From assembly GCA_002269645.1 (NCBI GenBank), contig NIVC01003895.1:1-64000 (forward strand): a stretch of DNA of 64,000 nucleotides, read 5' to 3'. The position numbers were made by a program, and so were the translations under genes. This DNA is from Macrostomum lignano. Lineage: Eukaryota. Below the pieces are notes generated by a model, which worked only from the letters and a program-made list of their open reading frames with translations, searched no databases and was not told where the DNA came from. Each line of letters starts with the position of its first letter. Position 1 is the first letter of the stretch. Shown piece by piece: positions 23,703 to 41,853 of this stretch.

Positions 23703-24178
23703 TTTATTAGAAAACAGACGAATAAATTCGTCCGCTTTGGTTGGGTTTTCAGGCGACTTTGGAATGTCAGATACTGCTCTGCGGAAGCAAAAAACTTTTT
23801 TAGTAAGCAGCTTCGAGCAGCAGCTACTGGGTAGCCGTCAGAAAGACGTTTTGCTAGTGGGCATCATCAATTTTGCATCAATTTTTGTGAAAAAAATCGT
23901 TTCCTTACACACTATTCCTTCTTTCAGACCACAGCTGCATTCTTTCTAGGAAAAGTTTTCGGCTTAGCTTTCTAATATCGATTTTGGAGTTGCTTTCCAG
24001 AAAGTTGGCATGCGGACGGAATTTCCGGCCACAGGCATTGTACGTACAACGACTTAACTCAGGAAACGGTTTAGTGTACTCATTGCCAAGATGAGGTAAA
24101 GACGGATGCTGGAAACAAAGTCGCTTCTCATTCTACTAATGTCGTTTCCTGAATGACTTGTTGCTTCTTTGCTGATCC

Positions 24179-30659
<6,481 letters not shown>

Positions 30660-31229
30660 TTTTTAGCGAGTGTCGGATCAATAATTCAAACTTCAATACC
30701 TTGGCAGCTAGTAATGTACTCATGCTTCTTAATACTAGAACAGTTAATAGGATTTCATTTTGTTCAGAAAGTGTAAACTTTGTTTCATAAGGACAAAAAC
30801 TTACAACTAGCATGCAGAAAAGATGACGGTAGCTTTTATAAACTCCAGTGGCAAGAAACTGCTCTATCGAATATGTTCTGACTGCATGCAAACATTGGAA
30901 TATTCCGCTGTTTGCATTTATCAAACACGCGAGACTTCCTGCCTTGCTTCAGAGTTTAATAACAGCTGACAGCTGACCTGAATTGGTTTTTTTCTGATAG
31001 GGTAGTTGGTATAGCTGGCGGATATGAAAACATCCAACTGCTGCAATGTTTCACGGCTTTTGGTTGTCAAGGAGTAGAATTTCAGGAAGCAATGTTGTGT
31101 TTGATGAGGCACCTGATTCTTCCCCGCGAACCAGCATCCCCCAGTCTTTCACTTCATCCTACACGGAAATTTCGGCGCGCATTTTTGTCTTATTTGTCTT
31201 TACGTTCCCTGACGTATCCTTAGGCCCTC

Positions 31230-31550
31230 GGGCAGTCACGCACTGCATGGGCTCAGCTGTGCTCAAACACTGACTTATGCAGAAATGCAGGAATGACGGA
31301 GCATGACTTCTCACCCTGCTGGAACTTTGCCAGCCTCCGCCTGTTCACAAACGAGTCACACTGGCCGTGTCCGCGCAGCCATGCAGTGAGGAAAGCCTCG
31401 GCAGTCGCCAGCAGACACCAGCGATGCTCAGCGACCATGCTGGCAGCTGCACAGCTCTGTCGTGTGGCAGCTCAGCACGCAGCCAGCGATGCTTTGGTCA
31501 GGCAGTTGATGAGGCTCCAGCTTCCGCACTCCATCAGCGGGCAGATCGTT
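31230..31550 (-). pseudogene. Truncated exon-1 fragment of the PAN/LamG gene family
   Basis: Near-identical to 23340-23580 (…WCLLATAEAFLTAWLRGHGQCDSFVNRRRLAKFQQ|GTGAGAAG); 2-bp deletion (AGCTCTGTCG vs AGCTCTCTGTCG); no start or signal peptide; followed by one 27-bp repeat unit. Confidence 0.85.
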
Positions 31551-31619
31551 TGACACATAGACAAGCAGTAGCTGTTGGTGTGGTGTAAAAGTGTTTTGTA
31601 ACTACTGGCAGTCTTCTTG

Positions 31620-32074
31620 TTGGTATGCATGCCTATCTCTTATTTTCCCAGTTGTATACATCACTTCCATACATATGTCTATGTAGGTATCTATCAATGT
31701 GTGCGATCGATTTCAGAAAAAAAACGGCTCAACCGATTTTTCTCAAACTTACACGATTCAATCACAAATTTTCCCGTGACGGCAGCTACATGTTTCGTAG
31801 ATAAGAAATTGCATGAATTATTGCACTGGCTGAGAAAAGGATTATTGCACTTTATGAGTAAAATATTATTGCACTAGCTGAGGAAATTTTGCACTAGCTA
31901 CTTGCTATTTGGGGGATGCTTGCTGTCTGGGAGATGCTTTCTATTTACGGGGAATGTCTGCTATCTTTGTGAAGGCTTTATTTTATTTTCTCCTTTTGTT
32001 ACTTTTAGAAATAAAAGAGATTCATACATAGCAAACATCTTCGTCCGTGACAAGTTTAATTAAAAAAGGTCATT
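31620..32074 (+). mobile_element. Short degenerate relative of the satellite-bearing Helitron
   Basis: Contains diverged versions of the 5' block (GATTTCAGAAAAAAAACGGCTCAACCGATTTT), 2-3 copies of the 18-bp repeat and the subterminal GTGAAGGCTTT...TTGTTACTT block; no 3' hairpin/CTAG. Confidence 0.55.
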
Positions 32075-32689
32075 TCCTATATACTAAAAATGAAATGTGT
32101 GTCTCTGTGAGATAGATTTCAGAAAAAACGGCTTAACCGATTTTCTTCAAACTTGCACCATTCGATCAGAAATTTTCCTGGGACGGTACATGCATCTTGG
32201 CTAAGAAATTGCTCAATTTTAAAGGGATTAAATATTCGAAAAACATGCTTGTTTGCAAAGGTCAAGCAGCTCTTTCGACCTGAAATGCATTGTAAGAATG
32301 CTAGAGAAAAAACTGACTGACTGAATTCTGATTCTGACAAAGATTGCATCACAACAAGTTGAAAACAGTGCCGAAGAAATGCACACACGACTTGAATGAA
32401 ATTGCGTAACCATATTGGCAACTTAAATTGAGACTGATTCTGGCTGACTGAGAAATTGATTATGTCATAACTTTTTACTCCAATTGACTTGCTGTAAGAA
32501 TTGAATTATAAGGGCCACAATTTATGTTCTCCAATTGAAAAAGATAGCCCAGATGCGAACAGACTGGAATGCTAATGTAGCGACTTGGGTTCGAATCTTA
32601 GTAGGGCAAAAAAGATTTTTTTTTATTAAAACACCTTAAAAACACAAAACTTCTAAACATAAAAGAAGCGCAATGTCAAACATAGAAGA

Positions 32690-35260
32690 GCCACCATGTC
32701 GAACATAAAAGAGCTAACATATCGAATATTAAAGAGCCACCATGTCAAACCTAAACGAGCCACCATGTCTAATATTTAAGAGGCACCATATAAAACATAT
32801 AAGTGACTTTATGTCAAACATAAAAGAGCCACCATTTCTAACATTAAACAGCCACCATTTCGAACATTAAAGAGCCACCATGTCGAAAATAAAAGAGTCA
32901 CTATTTCGAACATCAAAGAGCCACTATGTCAAACATTTAGGAGCCACTTTTTCGAACATTAAAGAGCCACCATGTCAAACATAAAAGAGCCAACATGTCA
33001 AACATAAAAGAGCCAACATGTCAAACATAAAGAGCCACCATGTCAAACATTTAAGAGCCACCATGTCAAACATATATGTGACTTTGTGTTAAACATTAAA
33101 GAGCCACCATTTCGAACATTAAAGAGCCACCATGTCAAACATGAAAGAGCTATAACATGAAGAATATTAAAGAGCCACCATGTCGAACATAAAAGAGCTG
33201 CCATGTAAAATAACAAAGAGCTACCAAGTTAAACATAAAAGAGCCACCATGTAAAACATTAAAGAGCCACCATGTGAAACATTAAAGAGCCACATTGTCA
33301 AACCTAGAAGAGCCACCATGTCGAACATAACAGAGCTACCAAGTCAAACATTAAAGAGCCACCATGTCAAACATTCAAAAGTTACATTGTCAAACATTGA
33401 AGAGCCACTATGTCAAACATTTAGGAGCCACTTTGTCGAACATTAAAGAGCCAACATGTCAGACATTAAAAAAGCCACCGTATCAAATAAAAAGAGTTAA
33501 CATGTAGAACAAAAAAGAGCCACCATTTCGAACATAAAAGAGCCAACATGTCAAACATAAAGAGCCACCATGTCAAACATTTAAGAGCCACCATGTCAAA
33601 CATATATGTGACTTTATGTCAAACATTAAAGAGCCACCATTTCGGACATAACAGAGCTACCATGTAAAACATTAAAGAGCCACCATGTCAAACATTAAAG
33701 AGCCACCATGTCGAACATAAAAGAGCCACCATGTCAAACCTAAAAGAGCCACCATGTCGATAATAAAAGAGCCACTATTTCGAACATTAAAGAGCCACCA
33801 TTTCGAACATTAAAGAGCCACCATGTCGACCATAAAAGAGCCACTATTTCGAACATTAAATATCCACCATGTCAAACATAAAAGAGCCAACATGTCAAAC
33901 ATAAAAGAGCCAACATGTCAAACATAAAGAGCCACCATGTCGAAAATGAAAGAGCCACTATTTCGAACATTAAAGAGCCACCATTTCGAACATTAAAGAG
34001 CCACCATGTCGACCATAAAAGAGCCACCATGTCAAACATGAAAGAGCTATAACATGAAGAATATTAAAGAGCCACCATGTCGAACATTAAAGAGCCACCA
34101 TGTCGAACATTTAAGAGCCACCATGTTAAACCTAAAAGAGCCACCATGTTAAACCTAAAAGAGCCACCATGTTAAACCTAAAAGAGCCACCATGTTAAAC
34201 CTAAAAGAGCCACCATGTCAAACCTAAAAGAGCCACTATTTCGAACATATAAGTGACTTTATGTCAAACATTAAAGAGCCACCATGTCAAACATTAAAGA
34301 GCCACCATGTAAAACAAAAGAGCCACCATTTCGAACATTAAAGAGCCACCATGTCAAACATTTAAGAGCCACCATGTTAAACATAAAAGAGCCACTATGT
34401 TGAACATTAAACAGCCATCATGTCAAACCTAAAAGATCCACAATTTCGAACACTTAAGAGCCACAATGTAGAATATTAAAGAGCTACCATGTCAAACATT
34501 TAAGAGCCACCATGTCAAACATTTAAGAGCCACCACGTAAAACATTAAAGAGCCACCATTTGAAACATTAAAGAGTCACCATGTCAAACATTTAAGAGCC
34601 ACCATGTCAAACATTTAAGAGCCACCATGTCAAACCTAAAAGAGCCACCATGTCAAACCTAAAAGAGCCACCATGTCGAACATAAAAGAGCCACCATGTC
34701 AAACCTAAAAGAGCCACCATGTCGAACATAAAAGAGCTATACCATGAAAAAAATTAAAGAGCCACTATCTCGAACATTAAAGAGCCACCATGTCAAACAT
34801 TTAAGAGCCACCATGTCAAACATTTAAGAGCCACCATGTCAAACCTAAAAGAGCCACCATGTCAAACCTAAAAGAGCCACCATGTCAAACCTAAAAGAGC
34901 CACCATGTCGAACATAAAAGAGCTATACCATGAAAAACATTAAAGAGCCACTTTCTCGAACATTAAGGAGCCACCATGTCAAACATTTAAAAGCCACCTT
35001 GTCAAACATTAAATAGCCACTTTGTCGAACATTAAAGAGTCACTGTGTCAAACATAAAAGAGCCACTGTTTCAAACATAAAAGAGCCACCAGGTTAAACA
35101 TTAAAGAGCCACCATGTCAAACAATAAAGAGGCACCATGTCAAACATAAAAGAGCCACCATGTCTGACATTAAAAAGCCATCGTTTCAAACATAAAACAG
35201 TTGCCATGTAGAACTTAAAACAGCCACCATGTCAAACATAAAATTTATACAATTTCAAAC
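32690..35260. repeat. 23-bp satellite (AAAGAGCCACCATGTCAAACATT) inside Helitron A; equivalent arrays at ~42470-44460, ~45900-48890 and ~50110-53130
   Basis: AAGAGCC recurs at 33721, 33744 and onward; ~110 diverged copies. Confidence 0.95.
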
Positions 35261-35329
35261 ATAAAAGTAAGCGAATTTTAAAGGAGCCACTATAATGCTA
35301 AGGAAATTATCGCACTAGCTACTTATTGT

Positions 35330-35762
35330 CTGGTGGATGCTTGCTATTTGGGGATGCTATCTATGTAGGGGATGCTTGCTATCTGGCGGATGCTTGCTAT
35401 CTGGGGGATGCTTGCTATCTGGGGGATGCTTGCTATCTGGGGGTTGCTTGTAATCTGGAAGATGCCTGCTATCTGGCGGATGCTTGCTATCTGGGGGATG
35501 CTTGCTATCTGGGGGATGCTTGCTATCTGGGGGATGCTTGCTATCTGGGGGATGCTTGCTATCTGGGGGTTGCTTGTAATCTGGAAGATGCTTGCTATCT
35601 GGCGGATGCTTGCTATCTGGAAGATGCTTGCTATCTGGCGGATGCTTGCTATCTGGGGATGCTTGCTATCTGGGGGATGCTTGCTATCTGGGGGATGCTT
35701 GCTATCTGGGGGTTGCTTGTAATCTGGAAGATGCTTGCTATCTGGGGGATGCTTGCTGTCTT
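35330..35762. repeat. 18-bp satellite (GGGGGATGCTTGCTATCT) inside Helitron A; equivalent arrays at ~44560-45190, ~48970-49365 and ~53206-53640
   Basis: Direct reading; produces spurious (GDACYL)n ORFs. Confidence 0.95.
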
Positions 35763-36567
35763 GGGATGATTTCTTTTTGCTTCCTTTGAGTATTTTGTCT
35801 GTTTTTTTTTGTGAAGGCCTTTTTTGGCTATCTTTTTGTTACTTGTAGAGAACAGAGGTTCTATACAGATGTCCCCCAACGGGGGGCGAAGATTGCTAGT
35901 ATAAAACTGAAGAAGGAACTGGTTCTTTAAAAAAAGTAGCATAAAAGCATAAATAATTATTGTTTCATGCTTATTGGCCGCCCCAAAGGTTGTTAGTATC
36001 ATCTAAACCTGTTGCATAACAGGACATCGTCTTTGGGTTTAGGCTAATGAGACATACATTTAAAAATCATGAATTTGATATTTCAGTACTTCATGACATA
36101 TTCACTTAGTTATATAGACTTTCGGTTCCTGGCATGAAGAAATGTTTTCTGGGAATAAAACTCGAGTTTTATAATATCAATTTGTTTATGCTTAGTCAAG
36201 CTAGGAGAAATTAAATGCAATGGTAGATCTCCTTCCAGTATTCTTCACTCGATTGTACGCGCACTCATTAACCCCAGATCAGAGTTTGCAGACCGCGGCA
36301 TCTCTTAGGCGGGTCAGCTAGGTAGCACAATGGCATGGCTCTTTTTAGGGGTTTACAGCCCCAGGCCCTGACCGATGCTTTTGTGTGCTGCGAGACGAAC
36401 TGTACGCGCGGCTATTGTACCCGAGCAGTTTTAGTGTGCAGCCAGCTCTTACTCACTGTTCTTTTCTAACTTGTATTTAAGCGTCGAGCCAGTGCACAGT
36501 TAGCAAGATAACTACTTTTGAGAAATTTTTGTGCGTTTCTTCGTTAACAATAAGATAGAGAGACTCA

Positions 36568-38106
36568 ATGGCTGAATCAGTTGATGGTGGAGTCGAGGTC
36601 CGGTCCATGCAAACGGTGCTTGGCTTCGAAGATGAAGGTAATTCAACCAACGACGCCTACAACGTTGTTGTGAAAGACCATGGAACAAAGTCTGGCATGA
36701 AATACGACAGTGTCTGCATCACTCCGGCTGCTGAACTCACTTACGATGAGTTGCCTGAGAAGACACTGCAGGTGCTATTCACCAAGGAAGAGCAGCACGA
36801 CGGACTCAGCTATGCAACCATTGCTGTCCATGAAACCCCGGTAGAGTACAATGAATCTACCACCATGTCGAGGATCGTCCACCTAAGAGGTAGCAAAAGA
36901 TCGACTCTCGATGCGGATGGTCAAAAACAGGAAGGTGTGATCGCCTCCGACTCTGATACCCAAAACAGCATTCGATATGGACGCGTGCCTGATTCAGGTG
37001 GATCAAGTCAACAGTTCGGAGTCATGGAATCCAATCCCGAGGCTCACATGGGAATAAGGACAGGAGCTTCAAGCAACGACGAACAAGAGGGCGTCTTCGC
37101 ATCCGACCCTGAAGCTTTAAAGTACATCAAGTTCGGTCCGAAGCCTGGAGCGAAAGCCAGTGGAGCGTCGAGCAATGACGAGCAGGAGGGCATCTTTGCC
37201 TCAGACCCTGAAGCTCTAAAATACATCAAGTTCGGTCCGAAAGACGGTGCCTCGAGCAACGACGAGCAGGAAGGCATCTTTGCGTCGGACCCGGAGGCCA
37301 TGAAGTACATCAAGTTAGGTCCGAAGTCTGGAGCGAAAGCTAGTGGAGTGTTGAGCATTGGCGAGCAAGAAGGCATCTTCGCGTCAGACCCCGAAGCTCT
37401 AAAGTTAATCAAGTTCGGTCCGAAAGACGGTGCCTCGAACAACGACGAACAAGAGGGCGTCTTCGCATCCGACCCTGAAGCTCTGAAGTACATCAAGTTC
37501 GGTCCGAAGCCTGGAGCTAAAGTCAGTGGAGCGTCGAGCAATGACGAGCAAGAGGGCATCTTCGCATCCGACCCTGAAGCTCTGAAGTACATCAAGTTTG
37601 GCCCGAAGCCCGGAACGTCAAGCAACGACGAGCCGGAGGGTATCTTTGCGTCAGATCCAGAAGCCCTGAAGTACATCAAGTTCGGTCCAAAACCTGAAGC
37701 TAAAGCCACTGGAGCGTCAAGCAATGACAAGCAGGAAGGCATCTTTGCGTCCGACCCGGAGGATTTAAAGTACTTTAAGCTCAGTCCTGAGCCTGCAAAG
37801 CAAGAGGAGAATCCACCAAAGGATCAAAAAGTTGTAGAATTCGGTACGGAAGCCCAGTCGGCTACGCTTGAAGAAGGCGAATTTGTAGCCGAGGCGACTG
37901 GTGTGCAACTCAAAGACGAAAAGACCTACACGGTGAGGGTCACTGGTCACGATCTGCCCAATGGCCAACAGAAGAAATTCATCTCCGTGCGCAGCGCCGA
38001 CGGAAGCGGAGGCCTGACGCCCCAGGAGGTCGACAACTTGGATGTCAAAGTGGAAACTTGCGTTGGAGAAGACGGAATGGTGGAGAAGTTCGTTGTGGTT
38101 GAGTAG
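36568..38106 (+). CDS. Intronless 512-aa acidic repeat protein of unknown family
   Basis: 1.54-kb open frame; eight repeats EQEGIFASDPEALKYIKFGP that differ mainly at third codon positions; no signal peptide; no recognisable domain. Confidence 0.85.
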   Translation: MAESVDGGVEVRSMQTVLGFEDEGNSTNDAYNVVVKDHGTKSGMKYDSVCITPAAELTYDELPEKTLQVLFTKEEQHDGLSYATIAVHETPVEYNESTTMSRIVHLRGSKRSTLDADGQKQEGVIASDSDTQNSIRYGRVPDSGGSSQQFGVMESNPEAHMGIRTGASSNDEQEGVFASDPEALKYIKFGPKPGAKASGASSNDEQEGIFASDPEALKYIKFGPKDGASSNDEQEGIFASDPEAMKYIKLGPKSGAKASGVLSIGEQEGIFASDPEALKLIKFGPKDGASNNDEQEGVFASDPEALKYIKFGPKPGAKVSGASSNDEQEGIFASDPEALKYIKFGPKPGTSSNDEPEGIFASDPEALKYIKFGPKPEAKATGASSNDKQEGIFASDPEDLKYFKLSPEPAKQEENPPKDQKVVEFGTEAQSATLEEGEFVAEATGVQLKDEKTYTVRVTGHDLPNGQQKKFISVRSADGSGGLTPQEVDNLDVKVETCVGEDGMVEKFVVVE

Positions 38107-38630
38107 GCCTTGTCTGGTTTGCTTCTGTGTGAGGGAGATTGTGTTGAAATCAAAACAAGCTTTTTTATTGTTTAACAACTGCATCTCGGAAAAATTACTG
38201 TACTCATTTTATTGTGTATGAATTAACAAAGATCTGACAGTCATCTAGTTTCAATCAATGTTTGGGGATCGAAAAAGTCCTTGAAAAATATACCAATCCA
38301 ACAAAACAAAATCTAAAATGCTAAAATTTAAATATTTACCAATTAAGTGTTTTGTTTTAATCAGCAGATTGTTTCTAAGAGAAATCTTTGCGGCAATCCG
38401 TCCAGCTTTATCTGTATGCATCGGATCTGTGAATGCAGTGCTGGTTGCACGATAGCACATGCGCAGCTAGACCAATCGGAAGCCAAACGAGGATGACAAA
38501 TTGTCAAATTATTGGCTCCAAAAATGAGTAATAATTACTTGTAATTCTTCCATTCCGACGTGTCTCTTTATACAGTAAGTATGAGCACGATAGAAATTCT
38601 AGATTGCTGAAGCTTTAGATTGACAAAAAT

Positions 38631-39856
38631 ATGAATATGCTTGCTTTGGCAATATTGATCGTTGGCTCGAGTTGCACTTCGGCATCCATCGTGGGTCTCG
38701 CCGACTACGACAGACTGGACGCCTGTCCACTTGACGACCTGCCCGTTGATGGAGTACGGAAGCTGGATCCTCATCAACTGCCTGACCGAAGCATTGCTGG
38801 CTGCGTGCTGAGCTGCCACACAACAGAGAGCTGTGCAGCTGCCAGCATGGTCGCTGAGCATCGCTGGTGTCTGCTGGCGACTGCCGAGGCCTTCCTCACT
38901 GCATGGCTGCACGGACACGGCCAGTGCGACTCGTTTGTGAACAGGCGGAGGCTGGCAAAGTTCCAGCAGGGTGAGAAGTCATGAGTGACTGCAGTTGTGC
39001 CCAGTTCATTCACTGGCGAGTCCATGCAGGCATCGATGTGCTCATATCGCTATATCGTTATCGAATTGCAGCTCACACGACCGACCTGCCCAGCAGCATC
39101 GCGGTGAGCTCGCTGCGGATTCTGTACCACTTCCGTGTGGGCTCGTTCAACCTGGCGCCTGTGCACCGGAATCCGCACACTCCGGTGCTCGTGTCGGCTG
39201 TGCTCAACCGGTCTGCGGGCGCGTTCGTGACGGGAGAGTCTGGCTCCTTCATCGGTGTGAGCACGGCCGACGGAATCGAGGACCTGTTTGTGCCCAAGCC
39301 CAACGTGACCGTGTTCATGCGAGCCAAGTTCGACTTCAATGGAGAGTGAGTAAGTATTTACGAATAGCGCTTTTTAATCTTTTTACAACTAACGTATTTC
39401 ATTCTTTCTTATTTTCAGCGAGAATTCTAGTGTAGTTTTTCGCTTTTCAAGATGTCGGAACTTCAGAAAAGGGATGGTAGCCAGACTAAAGAACGATGGC
39501 AGCATTGTGTATCGGTATGTGGAGCACAGGAATATGCAACTTTTAAGATTTGCCCATTGTAAGGCGACTTCAAACGGACGATTGTCGGACTTGGCTTCAC
39601 ATTTAGAAAACGCGATTTGCTGCACTACTTCAACAGAAGCCTGGAGCACAAAACTGCTAAAGTATTGAACTCGACACATGAGGGCAGGCGTGGTAATTTC
39701 AGGTGCCTCAGTCTTGGCAACGAACGTCGTAATTCACTTCGCAACTTTAAAGGCTTCATCGAGTGCTTCGCTATTGCCCAAGGTCTGATGAACTTGAAGC
39801 AGCTGGATGCTCTTGATGACTGGTGCACCGGAAAAAATAGACAGCTGCAGATCTGA
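38631..39856 (+). CDS. Secreted PAN/apple-like + LamG/ConA-like protein, paralog 2; exons 38631-38970, 39072-39345, 39419-39856; one -1 frameshift at ~39563 as assembled
   Basis: Exons 1-2 are near-identical to 22513-23702. Adding one G at 39563-39564 gives 'CKGDFKRTIVGLGFTF...LHYFN...LSLGNE...NFKGFIECFAI...QLDALDDWC', a LamG/TSPN-like C-terminal pattern. Confidence 0.72.
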
Positions 39857-40774
39857 ATACGAGCGTATTAACAAATTTTATCACTTGATGACTTACTATC
39901 AATTCTTGATAAACAAGTTTAATATACTTTAGAGAACTAAAATTAACACTGATTTAACCAATTATAATGTTTTTTATTAATTGTTATTTAAAAATGTTTT
40001 TTAAAGTAACGGCTAGGATCAGTTATGATCACTTCCTGTAAAGAAGCAAGGTACTGATTGCAACAATTGTGGCCTACAGGCAATCTGCTGTCAATGTCTG
40101 TCACCACTCGAAGCAATATGCTCTGTTTGCCATTTGTCAATAGTAAATCTACATTTACCTGCATAGGAATTACAAGAAATGCAAATTTATGCAATTTTCA
40201 ATGCTTCAATCTTATGCTGAAATTGATCAGCACGTGGCAGTCTCGAACCATTTATGCAAAGGAAATTCAAGACAAAGCATTTATGCAAAATTAAAAAATA
40301 TGCTTTTGGCAAAAGCTGTGCGGTCTAGAGATAAAAAATAACTTGAAGATTTTAATTGGATCCTTGCTAGACATGCGCAGGCAGACAAGCGCTATCTATA
40401 TGCTTTCTATTTGAGGAACAATCAAAATGAGTAAGGTCGACCTGGAGAATGAGGAGGAGGATCAGCCAAACTATTCTCTAATCTTCAAGAAAAATACCAC
40501 CTGCTGCAAATCGCTCCTAGGAACAAACGGCTGATAGAATTGGCTTCGATAATTAGTGAATGTGTCAAGAAGGCCGGGTCGCTGGTTATTTTAGACATTA
40601 TAGCTAGAGTAGTATTGCAGCTTTTATTGCGTGGTTACATGTACTCATATACATGTACGAGGCTCGTAGAACTAAAATAAACAAATGATACAATGTGCAT
40701 GCAATGTACACGATTAAGAGCTTACTATGAATATAGCTATTAGCTGAGCAAGAATGGGTGTGTGTGACTGCAGC

Positions 40775-41308
40775 TGTGCCCATGCAGTGTGTGACTGCAG
40801 CTGTGCCTATGCAGTGCGTGACTGCAGCTGTGCCCATGTAGTGCGTGACTGCAGCTGTGCCCATGCAGTGAGTGACTGCAGCTGTGCCCTTGTAGTGCGT
40901 GACTGCAGCTGTGCCCATGCAGTGCGTGACTGCAGCTGTGCCCATGCAGTGCGTGACTGCAGCTGTGCCCTTGCAGTGCGTGACTGCAGCTGTGCCCATG
41001 CAGTGTGTGACTGCAGCTGTGCCTATGCAGTGTGTGACTGCAGCTGTGCCCTTGCAGTGCGTGACTGCAGCTGTGCCCATGCAGTGTGTGACTGCAGCTG
41101 TGCCTATGCAGTGTGTGACTGCAGCTGTGCCCATGCAGTGCGTGACTGCAGCTGTGCCCTTGCAGTGCGTGACTGCAGCTGTGCCCATGCAGTGTGTGAC
41201 TGCAGCTGTGCCTATGCAGTGTGTGACTGCAGCTGTGCCCATGCAGTGTGTGACTGCAGCTGTGCCCATGCAGTGTGTGACTGCAGCTGTGCCCATGCAG
41301 TGCGTGAC
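40775..41308. repeat. 27-bp minisatellite (GTGACTGCAGCTGTGCCCATGCAGTGC), ~20 copies
   Basis: CTGTGCC recurs at 40801, 40828 and onward. Confidence 0.97.
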
Positions 41309-41364
41309 TATTAAGTTAATAGACAGTAGAATGCATGAGGGGGCTTCTGGGACAAAATTTTTCA

Positions 41365-41665
41365 CGTCCTCCATAATCCACCTAAATCCATCCATATTAT
41401 CCCTGACAGAATCAGAAAAAAAGGGGGGTCGCACTTGCTCCGAAAACGTCCTCCATAATCCCATTAAATCCATCCATATTATCCCCGACAGAATCATAAA
41501 AAAGGGGGGTCGCACTCGCTCACAAAACGTCCTCCATAATTCACCTAAATCCATCCATATTATCCCTGACAGAATCATGAAAAAGGGGAGGGGCCGCACT
41601 TGCTCCGAAAACTTCGAACATAATCCCATTAAATCCATCCATATTATCCCTGACAGAATCAGAGC
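41365..41665. repeat. ~82-bp tandem repeat, 4 copies (CATAATCC...ATCCATCCATATTATCCCTGACAGAATC...GGGGGTCGCAC)
   Basis: CCATAAT at 41371, 41453, 41534 and ~41618. Confidence 0.9.
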
Positions 41666-41853
41666 AGGTGTCCACTGATACCTGTTATGCTCACTGACAC
41701 TGACATAATCCACTGACATCCACCCATAGCATTTTCGAAACAATAAGAAAATAATCTGCATTCTTCTTCCCACATTCAATTTGCAACGCGAAACCAGATC
41801 CCTAAAACTTTAAATCATCAGCGCAGGGTCCTTACCCATTGAAAAAAATCTAA

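Larger units (their letters stand above)
32075..35899 (+). mobile_element. Non-autonomous Helitron, copy A (3.83 kb)
   Basis: 5' TCCTATATACTAAAAATG; 3' hairpin CCCCCAACGGGGGG followed by CGAAGATTGCTAG|T; no TSD; no coding capacity; internal 23-bp and 18-bp arrays. Confidence 0.88.

Noticed and set aside
32543-32607. Functional tRNA gene
   Set aside because: Only a B-box and a weak A-box; no complete cloverleaf or acceptor stem; lies within a Helitron.
40604-41779. 391-aa ORF
   Set aside because: Runs through the 27-bp and 82-bp repeats; not a credible protein.
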